A DNA stretch of 64,000 nucleotides from Planctomycetota bacterium (GTDB taxonomy: Bacteria; Planctomycetota; UBA1135; UBA2386), in the NCBI GenBank assembly GCA_965228735.1, contig OZ245838.1, positions 3,808,001 through 3,872,000 on the forward strand, read 5' to 3'. Both the position numbers and the translations under genes were made by a program. Below the pieces are notes generated by a model. The model searched no databases. It was not told the DNA's origin and was given only the letters and a program-made list of their open reading frames with translations. This document shows, one piece after another, positions 38,189 through 49,916 of the stretch. Position 1 is the first letter of the stretch; each line of letters begins with the position of its first letter.

Positions 38189-39241
38189 ATGAAGAACCTC
38201 GCTCTCCACGTCTCCATCATCTCGCTCCTCTCGTCCGCGCTCGCCGCGCAGGGCATCTTGCAGATCTCCATCGGTGTCCGCGAAACGGGCTTCGGCGGCA
38301 GCACCGTCGGCACGATCGGCGCCGACGGCGGCACCGGCGGCGGCATCGAGTGGGTCGCGCAGGACGTGCAGGCGCTGCCGGTCGACGGCGCGTGGCACAC
38401 GTTCACGTTCGACTTCGCCAACGACCCGATCACGGCGTTCGCGGGCAGCAGCGCCAACGGCACCCTCGAGGGGATGTACGGCACGATCGAGCACATCCGC
38501 GTGCTCAACACGAGCGGCATCGGCGATCCGATCGTCCTGCTCGTCGACGACGTCGTGAACACGACCGGCCCGGCCGGCAGCACCGTCGCGACGACCGTCG
38601 AGGACTTCGAGGGCTACGGTGCCGGCACGTCGGTCATGTTCCGTCAGGCCGGTTTCTCGGGCTCGACGGGCACGAACCTCATGACCGGCAGCACGGCGAC
38701 CGTGGACGACATGTTCGTCGGGTCCGACGACGTCCTGCGCCACGACTTCCAGTTCGTCGACACGATGACGAACCGCTGGGCGCGCATCACGACGTTCAAC
38801 ACGGCCAACCGCCCCAACCCGGTCGTGCGCTTCGACAACAACTCGGTCGTCACGTTCCGCCTGCTCGCGTACACGAGCGAACAGACCGACCTCGGCCTGC
38901 AGGGCCCGGGCACCGTCAACGCCACGTTCGTCGGCGACGGCCTCAACGCCGGGCAGGCGAGCACGATCCACATCGGCGGCGCGCCGGCAAACACGTTCGG
39001 CGTGATCGGCGTCTCGCTGTTCGGCTTCCCCAACCTGCCGGTCCTCGGCGGCACGGTCGCGTCCGGCTCGGCGTTCTTCTTCCCGGTGACGGCGATCGCC
39101 GACGGTGGCGGCTTCGCGAGCGTCACGTTCGCGGGCAGCTCGATCGTCGCGGACTTCGCGATGCAGGGCATCTACCTCGACAACTCGCTGCCGCAGGGCA
39201 TCGCGTTCTCGAACGCGTTCCAGGCCTCGTTCGGCCAATAG
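38189..39241 (+). CDS. Secreted beta-rich hypothetical protein with conserved C-terminal domain
   Basis: AAGGA RBS before ATG 38189; signal peptide; G/T/S/F-rich; C-terminus QGIYLDNSLPQGIAFSNAF. Confidence 0.8.
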   Translation: MKNLALHVSIISLLSSALAAQGILQISIGVRETGFGGSTVGTIGADGGTGGGIEWVAQDVQALPVDGAWHTFTFDFANDPITAFAGSSANGTLEGMYGTIEHIRVLNTSGIGDPIVLLVDDVVNTTGPAGSTVATTVEDFEGYGAGTSVMFRQAGFSGSTGTNLMTGSTATVDDMFVGSDDVLRHDFQFVDTMTNRWARITTFNTANRPNPVVRFDNNSVVTFRLLAYTSEQTDLGLQGPGTVNATFVGDGLNAGQASTIHIGGAPANTFGVIGVSLFGFPNLPVLGGTVASGSAFFFPVTAIADGGGFASVTFAGSSIVADFAMQGIYLDNSLPQGIAFSNAFQASFGQ

Positions 39242-39288
39242 GTCGTAGTCGCCGGCCGCAAGTCGCCGGCCGCGGCGCGAACCGCGAA

Positions 39289-39310
39289 GCCGGGGCGACT
39301 ACGCCCCGGC
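39289..39310. terminator. Hairpin between convergent genes, overlapping the phhA stop codon
   Basis: GCCGGGGCG-acta-CGCCCCGGC, 9-bp stem. Confidence 0.4.
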
Positions 39311-40129
39311 CCGCAGCCACCGCCGCGTGTCGGCCAGGAAACGGTCGACCGACGGCGCGACGAACAGTCGTGGCTGCATGCCCGTCGGATCGTACGGCGT
39401 CCGCGCCATGCGCTCGAGATCGAACGGCAGCAGCTCGGGCCCGCGCGTGCACTGCCGCAGCTCACCGATCGACGAGAGCAGCCCCGCGCCGAGGGCCTTC
39501 GGCCCCGCGCTCGTTCGAACGAGCCCGAACTCCGCGGTGAACCAGTAGACGCGTTCGATCGCGCGCAGGCGATCCGGTGACGCACCGACGGCGGCCTCCC
39601 CGAACGCGACGTGCAGGGCCGCGAGCTCCGGATCGTGCAGCGTCGTCGCGTGACCGATGATCTCGTGGATCACGTCGGGCTCGGGCGTGTAGAGCGGCGC
39701 GCTCGGGTGGCGGACGTACTGGGTGGACAGAAAGCGACGGTCGGCGAGCGCGGTCAGGAAGTCGCGGGCCGTGACGAGACCAGCCACCGGCTCCATGGCG
39801 AAGCCGGTTGCCCCGCGCAGCTCGCGCGTGAGCGTCGCGAGCTGCGGGATCGAACCGGCGCCGAAGATCGGGAGCGCGAGGCAACGCCGCGCGCGTTCGG
39901 CGACCAACTCGCGGTGCAGCGGCGCGAGGGACCCGAGCACGGTGCGCCAGACCCCGTGCTCGGCCGCCGTGTAGTCGACGACGGGCGGCGGCGAGCCGGG
40001 CGCGTGTTCGATCGCGAGGCGCGCGATCGCGTCGCGGCGGTCGCGGTAGCACGCGTCGCGAAAGCCGGGATGGTCCGCATCGAGTGGAACGAGATTCGGC
40101 GCGTCGTGATCGAGATCGGTGGGAAACAT
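39299..40129 (-). CDS. phhA: Phenylalanine 4-monooxygenase (pterin-dependent aromatic amino acid hydroxylase)
   Basis: STQYVRH, YTPEPDVIHEIIGH and YWFTAEFGL (His-His-Glu iron ligands), GAGLLSSIGEL; ATG 40129. Confidence 0.9.
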   Translation of the reverse strand: MFPTDLDHDAPNLVPLDADHPGFRDACYRDRRDAIARLAIEHAPGSPPPVVDYTAAEHGVWRTVLGSLAPLHRELVAERARRCLALPIFGAGSIPQLATLTRELRGATGFAMEPVAGLVTARDFLTALADRRFLSTQYVRHPSAPLYTPEPDVIHEIIGHATTLHDPELAALHVAFGEAAVGASPDRLRAIERVYWFTAEFGLVRTSAGPKALGAGLLSSIGELRQCTRGPELLPFDLERMARTPYDPTGMQPRLFVAPSVDRFLADTRRWLRAGA

Positions 40130-40407
40130 GGCAGCAGTCCAGCGGGCCCGGAAAGGGCGACCCGAAACGGGCGAAGGGAAGAACTGCGTGCAGGCCGAAC
40201 CGACATCGAAACGCGCCGGTTCGAGAACCGGCACGCGCGGGGTTCGGGCGTCTCAGTGCGCACGAACAGCCGACACCGTCCCGGCGGGGCCGGGATAGCG
40301 ATACGTGCTGTTCTGGTTCTGGCGCGAGGACGTCGTCACGACGCGCAGGGTAGAGGACCGGCAGACCCTGTCCACCCCCGGGGATCACGGTCCTCGCCAG
40401 CGGGCGC

Positions 40408-41385
40408 TCAGGCCGGCAACAGCTCTGGCCGCCGCCGGTCACTGCCCGGTGACACCGCGAACTCCCGCTTGTAGGCGCGGCAGAACGCCGCCTCGGAGCG
40501 ATACCCGCAGCGGTCGGCGATCACCGCGAGCGACTCGTCACCGTCCCGCAACGCCGCCCGCGCGACCTGCAGCCGCCAGCGGGTCAGGTACCGCATCGCC
40601 GGCTCACCGACGACCTCGGTGAAGCGCGCCGCGAACGCGGAACGCGACATCGCGCCGGCCTGCGCCAGCGTCGCGAGCGTCCAGTCGCGGCCCGGCTCAC
40701 GATGCATCGCGGCGATCGCCCGGCCGAGCCGATCATCGCGCAAGCCCGCGAGCCAGCCGTTCTCCGTCGCGAGTTCGGCATCCGAACGGGAGGTCAGCCA
40801 GTGCCGAATGACCTGGATCGCGAGGATGTCGGCGAGCCGCGTGATCACGGTCTCGCCACCGGGCCGGAGCGCTTCGGCCTCGCGCGCGATGAACCGCAAC
40901 GTGTCGCCGAGCCAGCGATCGTCGCCGCCGTCCCAGGCATCGATCTGCAGCACGGGCGGCAGGGCATCGACGAGCCGTTCGGCCGCCGCGTGATCGAACC
41001 GGACGACGACGCAGATCAAGCGGCACGATTCACCCCCGCCACCCCACTGCAACCGTTCGTAGCGCTCGGTCACGCGTTCGATCGGCAGGTCGAAGAAGTC
41101 GACGCAACGCCGATCGGGCGCGTCGGCCAACTGATGACCGAGCCCGTGCGGCACGAGCACGACGCTGCCGCGCTCGAGCAGCCGCGGCTCGATGCCGTCG
41201 CTCATGAGCCAGCACCGACCGCTCGTCAGAATGTGCAGCATCATGTGCCCCTCGAGCGGGGGCAGATCGATGCCCCACGGCGCCGTCAGCTCCGACCGGG
41301 CGTAGACGCAGCCGGTCAGGCGGAGCAGGTGCAGAGCCTCACCGAGCGGATCGGCGGGGGCGGGGATCGCGGTCGGAGCGGCCAT
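40408..41385 (-). CDS. AraC family regulator with cupin domain
   Basis: DPLGEALHLLRL, APWGIDLP, GWLAGLRD, MSRSAFAARF, GYRSEAAFCRAYKR. Confidence 0.92.
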   Translation of the reverse strand: MAAPTAIPAPADPLGEALHLLRLTGCVYARSELTAPWGIDLPPLEGHMMLHILTSGRCWLMSDGIEPRLLERGSVVLVPHGLGHQLADAPDRRCVDFFDLPIERVTERYERLQWGGGGESCRLICVVVRFDHAAAERLVDALPPVLQIDAWDGGDDRWLGDTLRFIAREAEALRPGGETVITRLADILAIQVIRHWLTSRSDAELATENGWLAGLRDDRLGRAIAAMHREPGRDWTLATLAQAGAMSRSAFAARFTEVVGEPAMRYLTRWRLQVARAALRDGDESLAVIADRCGYRSEAAFCRAYKREFAVSPGSDRRRPELLPA

Positions 41386-41554
41386 CTCGCCAGCATGAAC
41401 CAGCTCTGCCTGTCCGTCCAGACTGGTGGACGATCTGCATACTCATGAGGACTCCACGGCATGGATCGTCCTCCTCTCTTGGCCGATCTTGTTCTCAGAG
41501 CGAGCGACAGTCACCCGCTCGAACACCACTGAGCCCAACCCCGAGAACCCGATC

Positions 41555-42430
41555 ATGCAGAACGCCAATCCCATCCTCGTCATCGCCGCCACGGGCAAGA
41601 CCGGCCGCCGCGTCGCCGACCGCCTCGAGGCGAGCGGCCACCCGGTCCGGCGCGGCTCCCGCACCGGCCCGACGCCGTTCGACTGGCACGACCGCACCAC
41701 GTGGGAACCGGCGCTCGCCGGCGCCCGCGCCGCCTACGTCGTCTACAGCCCGGACCTCGCCGTGCCCGCCGCGCCGGGTGCGATCCGCGCGTTCACCGCG
41801 CTGGCCCGCGACCTCGGCGTGGAGCGTCTCGTCCTGCTCTCCGGGCGAGGCGAGACCGAAGCCCAGCGCTGCGAGCGCATCGTCCAGGACTGCGGTCTGC
41901 AATGGACGATCGTGCGGGCGAGCTGGTTCGCGCAGAACTTCGACGAAGGCGCGTTCCGCGACCTCGTCGTCGCCGGCGAGGTCGCGCTGCCGGCCGCCAC
42001 GGTGCGCGAGCCGTTCATCGACGTCGAGGACATCGCGGAGATCGTCGTCGCCGCGCTGACCGACGACCGCCACGCCGAGAAGGTCTACGAGGTCACGGGC
42101 CCGCGCCTCATGACCTTCGCCGACGCCGTCGCCGCGATCGCCAGCGCGAGCGGGCGCGAGGTGCGCTACGTGCCGGTCCCGGCCTCGGAGTTCCGCGCCG
42201 GCCTCACGGCGGCCGGCATGCCGACGCCACAGGTCGAACTCCTCGACTACCTGTTCACGACGGTCCTCGACGGCCGCAACGAGTCCGTGACCGACGGCGT
42301 CGAACGCGCCCTCGGCCGCCCGGCCCGGGACTTCGCCGACTACGCCCGCACGGCGGCGGCGGGCGGCAGCTGGAACGCCACGCCCACGCCAACCGCGCGC
42401 GACCCGCGCAGCACGGAGGTCGTCGGATGA
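41555..42430 (+). CDS. NmrA-like NAD(P)H-binding protein
   Basis: ILVIAATGKTGRRV, LLSGRGE, RASWFAQNF, FIDVEDIA; ATG 41555. Confidence 0.88.
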   Translation: MQNANPILVIAATGKTGRRVADRLEASGHPVRRGSRTGPTPFDWHDRTTWEPALAGARAAYVVYSPDLAVPAAPGAIRAFTALARDLGVERLVLLSGRGETEAQRCERIVQDCGLQWTIVRASWFAQNFDEGAFRDLVVAGEVALPAATVREPFIDVEDIAEIVVAALTDDRHAEKVYEVTGPRLMTFADAVAAIASASGREVRYVPVPASEFRAGLTAAGMPTPQVELLDYLFTTVLDGRNESVTDGVERALGRPARDFADYARTAAAGGSWNATPTPTARDPRSTEVVG

Positions 42431-42900
42431 GCCCGGCCACCGAGCTCGCGCTGCTGCTGGCGACCGTCGGATCCGGCCTGACGGCCGGACTGTGCTTCGC
42501 CTTCGCCACGTTCATCATGCGGGCGCTCGACCGGCTCGGCCCGGCCGCTGCGATCCGCGCGATGCAGGCCATCAACGCCACGATCCTCCGATCCGTCGCC
42601 ATGGTGGTCTGGTTCGGCACGGCGATCGTCGGCGTCGCCGCCGCGGCACTCTCCGACTGGCAACCCCTGGCGATCACGGGCGCGGCATCCTATGCCGCCG
42701 GAGCCGTGCTCGTCACCGGGTTCGGCAACGTACCGCTCAACGAATGGCTCGACGGAGTCGACCCCGTCGCGCCCGATGCGGGCGCCGCATGGTCACGCTA
42801 CCTCGGCCGCTGGCAGCGCTGGAACGTCGCCCGGACCGCCGGGCTCGTGCTGGCCACCGCTACCTTCGCGCTCGTGATCCCGCCGTCAGCCGGGCAGTGA
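42427..42900 (+). CDS. DUF1772 / anthrone oxygenase family membrane protein
   Basis: GLTAGLCFAFATFIMRAL, AMQAIN, GNVPLNEWL, WQRWNVART; ATGA overlap with the upstream gene. Confidence 0.85.
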   Translation: MSPATELALLLATVGSGLTAGLCFAFATFIMRALDRLGPAAAIRAMQAINATILRSVAMVVWFGTAIVGVAAAALSDWQPLAITGAASYAAGAVLVTGFGNVPLNEWLDGVDPVAPDAGAAWSRYLGRWQRWNVARTAGLVLATATFALVIPPSAGQ

Positions 42901-42964
42901 CAGGCGGCGTGAGCACCGCAGGACCACTCACGTTAAAACTCGCAATCGCAACCCACCGAGAAGC

Positions 42965-44278
42965 ATGCGGACCCTCTCTCTCCTGGCCCTCTTCGCCCTC
43001 GCCGCCTGCGGCTGGCCCGCGCGGGCCGCCTACATCCTCGAGCCGCGGGGGCGCGTCGTGCCCATCGAAGGCTTCGAGGACGTGCGCGCCGTCGACGGCT
43101 ACCGCAGCGCTGCGTTCCAGCGCAGCTTCGACGAGGTCGCGCTGCGCGCCGCCGCTCGCGCCAAGGACCGTGACGCCGACAGCGGCAAGCCGCAGGTGAA
43201 CATGCTCGTGCTGAGCTCGGGCGGCGTGAACGGCGCGTTCGGCGCGGGCATCCTCACCGAGTGGACGCAGCGCGGCGACCGGCCGGAGTTCGATCTCGTG
43301 ACGGGCGTCAGTGTCGGCTCGCTGATCGCCCCGTTCGCGTTCGCCGGTCCCGAGTTCGACGGCCGCATCGAGCAGCTGTTCCGCCGGATCGACCCGACCG
43401 ACCTGCACCGCGAGAAGGGCCTGATCACGTCCGTGATGTGGGACGAGTCGCTGATGGACAACCGTCGCCTGCGCGGTTCGATCGAACGCGGTGTCGACCA
43501 GGAGCTCATCGAGGCCGTCGCCGACCGCCACGAAACGGGCGGCCGCTGCTACGTCGGCACGACGAATCTCGACATGGGCGAGTTCGTCATCTGGGACATC
43601 GGCGCGATCGCCACGCGGCGCAACGAGGCCGCGGTCGAGCTCATCCGCAAGGTGCTCACCGCGTCGGCGTCGATCCCGGTCGTCTACCCGCCGGTGCGCT
43701 TCGAGCACGGTCAGCGCGACGAGCTGCACGTCGATGGCGCGGTGATGCGGCCGCTGTTCCTGCCAGAGAGCGTCTACGACTGCCACGTCTCGGCGACGAA
43801 CGCGGGCATCGACTGGCACGACTTCGATGTCACGACGTACGTGATCCACAACGGGTCGCTGCGGTCGCGGCCCGTGCACGTGCAGCGCGACACGCTCGGC
43901 ATCGCAACGCGCACCGTGACGATGATGAGCTACACGATGGTCGCCGACCACGTGCTGCACCTGTTCATGCTGACCCGCGTCTGGAACGCGAACTTCCGCT
44001 TCCTGACGATGCCCGACGGACTCGAGCTCGACATCAGCGAGTTCACGGCCAACGACACCGAACGGCTCTACCTGCTCGGCCAGGGCATGATCCGCGAGGA
44101 GCACCCGTGGCAGGACCGGCCGCCGGGCTACGTCGCCAACAATCAGCTGCGCAACCTCGACGTGAACGGCAACGCCTTGTCCGCGGTGAGCGCAGCGCGG
44201 CCCGACCGCCTGACGCAGATCGTCGACGAGCTGCGCGCGCTGCGCGCCGAGGTTCGCGAGCTCCGCCAACAACGCTGA
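42965..44278 (+). CDS. Patatin-like phospholipase, lipoprotein
   Basis: LSSGGVNGAFGAG, TGVSVG (GxSxG), ASASIP, HVDGA; LAAC lipobox. Confidence 0.9.
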   Translation: MRTLSLLALFALAACGWPARAAYILEPRGRVVPIEGFEDVRAVDGYRSAAFQRSFDEVALRAAARAKDRDADSGKPQVNMLVLSSGGVNGAFGAGILTEWTQRGDRPEFDLVTGVSVGSLIAPFAFAGPEFDGRIEQLFRRIDPTDLHREKGLITSVMWDESLMDNRRLRGSIERGVDQELIEAVADRHETGGRCYVGTTNLDMGEFVIWDIGAIATRRNEAAVELIRKVLTASASIPVVYPPVRFEHGQRDELHVDGAVMRPLFLPESVYDCHVSATNAGIDWHDFDVTTYVIHNGSLRSRPVHVQRDTLGIATRTVTMMSYTMVADHVLHLFMLTRVWNANFRFLTMPDGLELDISEFTANDTERLYLLGQGMIREEHPWQDRPPGYVANNQLRNLDVNGNALSAVSAARPDRLTQIVDELRALRAEVRELRQQR

Positions 44279-44321
44279 GCCGGGCTGCGGCGTTCGGCGC
44301 CGCGCCCCGTATCCTGCGTGC

Positions 44322-45368
44322 ATGACGCTCTCCGGCAGGATCGCCCTCGTCGCCGGCGCCACGCGCGGCGCGGGTCGCGGCATCGCGACCGCGCTCGGCG
44401 AAGCCGGCGCGGTCGTGTACTGCTCCGGGCGGTCCTCCCGCTCGGGCGACGTGGCTTCCCGCTCGGGCACCGTGGCCTCCGGCTCGGACCCGACGCGCCC
44501 CGAGACGATCGAAGAGACGGCGGAGCTCGTCACTGCGGCCGGCGGCACGGGCATCGCGGTTCCGACGGACCACACGCACGAAGCCGCGGTCGTCGAGCTG
44601 GTCACCCGAGTCGCCAACGACCACGGGCGACTCGACATCCTCGTGAACGACATCTGGGGCGGCGACGCTCTCACCGAGTGGGGCAAACCGTTCTGGGAGG
44701 TCGACGTGCAGCAGGGCTTCGCGATGCTCGAACGCGCCGTGCACACGCACGTGATCACGAGCCGGCACGGTGTGCCGCTCATGCTCGAACGCGACGTCGA
44801 ACAGCACGGCGAGGGCCTCGTCGTCGAGGTGACGGACGGCGCGTTCGCCGGCTATCGCGGCCAGCTGTTCTACGATCTCTGCAAGGCTTCGGTCATGCGC
44901 CTCGCCTACGCGATGGCGACCGAGCTGCGCGACCGCCCCGCGACTTCGCTCGCGATCACGCCGGGCTTCCTGCGTTCGGAAGCGGTGCTCGCGCACTTCG
45001 GCGTGTCGGAGGACAACTGGCGCGACGCGATCCGAAAGGACCCGCACTTCGCAGCGTCCGAGACCCCGCGACTCGTCGGCCGCGCGATCGCAGCGCTCGC
45101 CGCCGACCGCGAGGTGCGACGGTTCGCCGGCCGGACGCTCACGTGCTGGGACGTGACGCGCGAGTACGACCTGCGCGACGTCGACGGTCGCCAACCACAT
45201 TGGGAGGAGCATCTCGACCGCGCGATCGAGGCGACGCTCGCGAGCACCGCGCCGAGCGCGGACGAGCTCATGGTGCTGCAGTTCCGCCTGCCCCAGCTCG
45301 ACTTCGACGCGGCTCGCGCGGACCAGCGCGCCCGGATCGCCGCGTTCCTCGAACGGTACTCCGGCTGA
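44322..45368 (+). CDS. Short-chain dehydrogenase/reductase
   Basis: [28 protein letters not shown] (YxxxK), TPGFLRSE. Confidence 0.9.
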   Translation: MTLSGRIALVAGATRGAGRGIATALGEAGAVVYCSGRSSRSGDVASRSGTVASGSDPTRPETIEETAELVTAAGGTGIAVPTDHTHEAAVVELVTRVANDHGRLDILVNDIWGGDALTEWGKPFWEVDVQQGFAMLERAVHTHVITSRHGVPLMLERDVEQHGEGLVVEVTDGAFAGYRGQLFYDLCKASVMRLAYAMATELRDRPATSLAITPGFLRSEAVLAHFGVSEDNWRDAIRKDPHFAASETPRLVGRAIAALAADREVRRFAGRTLTCWDVTREYDLRDVDGRQPHWEEHLDRAIEATLASTAPSADELMVLQFRLPQLDFDAARADQRARIAAFLERYSG

Positions 45369-45416
45369 CTGCCCCCTCCCAGGCGGCGGGGCGGCCCCGA
45401 CCTGGGGACCCGCGCC

Positions 45417-45462
45417 GGGAATCCGGGCTGGGGAATCCGGGCTGGGGAATCCGGGCTGGGGA
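45417..45462. repeat. 14-bp tandem repeat GGGAATCCGGGCTG x3 plus a partial copy
   Basis: Perfect copies at 45417, 45431 and 45445, intergenic upstream of furA. Confidence 0.92.
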
Positions 45463-45593
45463 GCTGGGACCAGGCCGGATCCACGCGAGATGGACCCGGG
45501 GTCCGCCAGGATTCGCGAATCCGGACTCCCCACCGCCAACGAAGGTTCCGGACAAGTCCGCACTGCGATCTTTTTCTGTTATGAAACTGATTC

Positions 45594-45622
45594 TTGATTC
45601 TATCTATGATCTGATCGATACT
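45594..45622 (+). promoter_or_regulatory. Sigma70-like promoter TTGATT-N17-GATACT in an AT-rich patch; likely leaderless furA mRNA and FurA operator
   Basis: -35 at 45594-45599, -10 at 45617-45622, GTG start 6 nt later; surrounding DNA is strikingly AT-rich. Confidence 0.6.
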
Positions 45623-45628
45623 GCTCCC

Positions 45629-46051
45629 GTGACGACCCCAGCCGAACGCCTCCGGGACCGTGGTCTGCAGGTGACCGCCCAGCGCCTCGCAGTGCTGCGC
45701 GCGGTGACCGCGCACCCACACGCGACCGCCGACCGCATCGCCGAGGCGGTGCGCGACGAGATCGGCGCGATCTCGCGCCAGGCCGTCTACGACGCGCTGC
45801 GGGTGATGACGAGCAAGGAGCTCGTGCGCAGCGTGCAACCCGCCGGCTCGCCGACGCTCTACGACCCCCGGGTCGGCGACAACCACCATCACGTGATCTG
45901 CCGCACCTGCGGCAAGACGACCGACGTCGACTGCGCGGTCGGCCACGCGCCGTGCCTCACGGCCGCCGAGACCGACTACGTGGTCGACGAAGCCGAGGTC
46001 GTCTACTGGGGCACGTGCCCCGCATGTCTCGCGCAACGCTCGCAGGAGTAG
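45629..46051 (+). CDS. furA: Fur family peroxide-responsive regulator (FurA-type)
   Basis: [60 protein letters not shown]; directly upstream of katG. Confidence 0.88.
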   Translation: MTTPAERLRDRGLQVTAQRLAVLRAVTAHPHATADRIAEAVRDEIGAISRQAVYDALRVMTSKELVRSVQPAGSPTLYDPRVGDNHHHVICRTCGKTTDVDCAVGHAPCLTAAETDYVVDEAEVVYWGTCPACLAQRSQE

Positions 46052-48550
<2,499 letters not shown>

Positions 48551-48570
48551 ACGCCGCGACTGACGCGCAA

Positions 48571-48598
48571 CGGACGGGCTCGATCGCGAGCCCGTCCG
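48571..48598 (+). terminator. Hairpin downstream of katG
   Basis: CGGACGGGCTCG-atcg-CGAGCCCGTCCG, 12-bp perfect stem with no U-tract. Confidence 0.6.
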
Positions 48599-48614
48599 CC
48601 GTAGGATGCGCGCG

Positions 48615-49751
48615 ATGTCGCGCGGCCTCGGACTGACCTGCCTGCTCGTGCTCGGCGGGTGCCAGGCCCTCGAGCCGACGCCGCTCGTGCCGCCAGCGCC
48701 GGCGCCGAGCTCGAACGAGGGCACCCAGGACCCGGCGCCGTTCACGCCGCCCCCGCCGAGCGCCGACGAGGCCGACTGGGTCCGCCTGACCTCGGGCGAG
48801 TGGCTCCGCGGCCAACTGCTCGTGCTGCGCTCGGGCACGCTCGAGTTCGACAGCGACAAGCTCGGCACCGTCGACCTCGACTGGGACGACATCGCCGAGC
48901 TCCGCGTCCCGCACACGGTGACGCTCGGGTTCGGCGATCGCGCGACGGCTGCTGGTGTCGCGCTGCAGCTCGATGACGAGTCGCTCGTGCTGCGGCACCG
49001 AGGCGATCGCCGACCGAGCACGTTCTCGCGCGATGCGGTGATGTCGATCGTCCCGGGGCGCGGTGACGACGCGTGCTACTGGGACGGGAAGATCACGTTC
49101 GGCGCAACCCGGCGCGCGGGCAACACGGAGTCGATCGACGTCTCGAGCCTCGCCTACGTCCGCCGGGAGACGCCGAGCACGCGCTTCGAAGCCAACTACA
49201 ACGGCGCATACAGCGAGATCGACGATCGCGAGACGGCCGACAACCACCGCGCCGACGGGCAGTACGACGTCTTCGTGACCGAACGCTTCTTCACCGCGAC
49301 GCTGTTGCGCTACGAACGCGACGAGTTCCAGAACCAGCGCAACCGGCTGACCGCGAGCGCGGGCTTCGGCTACGACATCGCGGAGACCGGCGACGTCGAC
49401 TGGAGCCTCGAGGCCGGACTCGGCTACCAGTACACGGAGTTCGATTCCGCGCTCGCCGGGCGAGCGGACAGCGAGGACACGGCCATCGCGACGCTCGGCA
49501 GCGTGCTCGAATGGGATCTCACCTCGGACATCGACCTGCGCCTGAAGTACGAGGCCACGGTCCCGCTGCCGCGCTCGCACTCGTACAACCACCAGGCCTC
49601 CGCCGTGCTCGCGATCGACCTCGTCGCGGACTTCGACCTCGACCTCACGGTGATCTGGGATCGGGAAGGTCGCCCGACGGCGGGCGCGACCGGCGCGACG
49701 CCCGAGAAGGACGACTACCGGTTCGTCATCGGGCTCGGCTACACGTTTTGA
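48615..49751 (+). CDS. DUF481 (YdiY-like) outer-membrane beta-barrel with N-terminal domain
   Basis: DWVRLTSGEWLRG, alternating amphipathic strands, C-terminal IGLGYTF; LGGC lipobox. Confidence 0.82.
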   Translation: MSRGLGLTCLLVLGGCQALEPTPLVPPAPAPSSNEGTQDPAPFTPPPPSADEADWVRLTSGEWLRGQLLVLRSGTLEFDSDKLGTVDLDWDDIAELRVPHTVTLGFGDRATAAGVALQLDDESLVLRHRGDRRPSTFSRDAVMSIVPGRGDDACYWDGKITFGATRRAGNTESIDVSSLAYVRRETPSTRFEANYNGAYSEIDDRETADNHRADGQYDVFVTERFFTATLLRYERDEFQNQRNRLTASAGFGYDIAETGDVDWSLEAGLGYQYTEFDSALAGRADSEDTAIATLGSVLEWDLTSDIDLRLKYEATVPLPRSHSYNHQASAVLAIDLVADFDLDLTVIWDREGRPTAGATGATPEKDDYRFVIGLGYTF

Positions 49752-49916
49752 GGCCGCCCCCGAACGGGTCGCGATTCGCTACCCTGTGACCCTATTCCCA
49801 CCGCCAGCGGAGCTCAACGGCCTCGGCCAGGGCGGCCTCGTGCCGAACGACTCGTTCTTCGCGTCGACGATCGACGTCGTGACGCCGTACGGCTGCGCCA
49901 CCACGGGCATGCTGAC

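Noticed and set aside
45417..45462. Possible CRISPR array (also considered for the 21-bp boxes at 10670-10728)
   Set aside because: Units are too short, there are no unique 25-45 nt spacers, and no cas genes are present.
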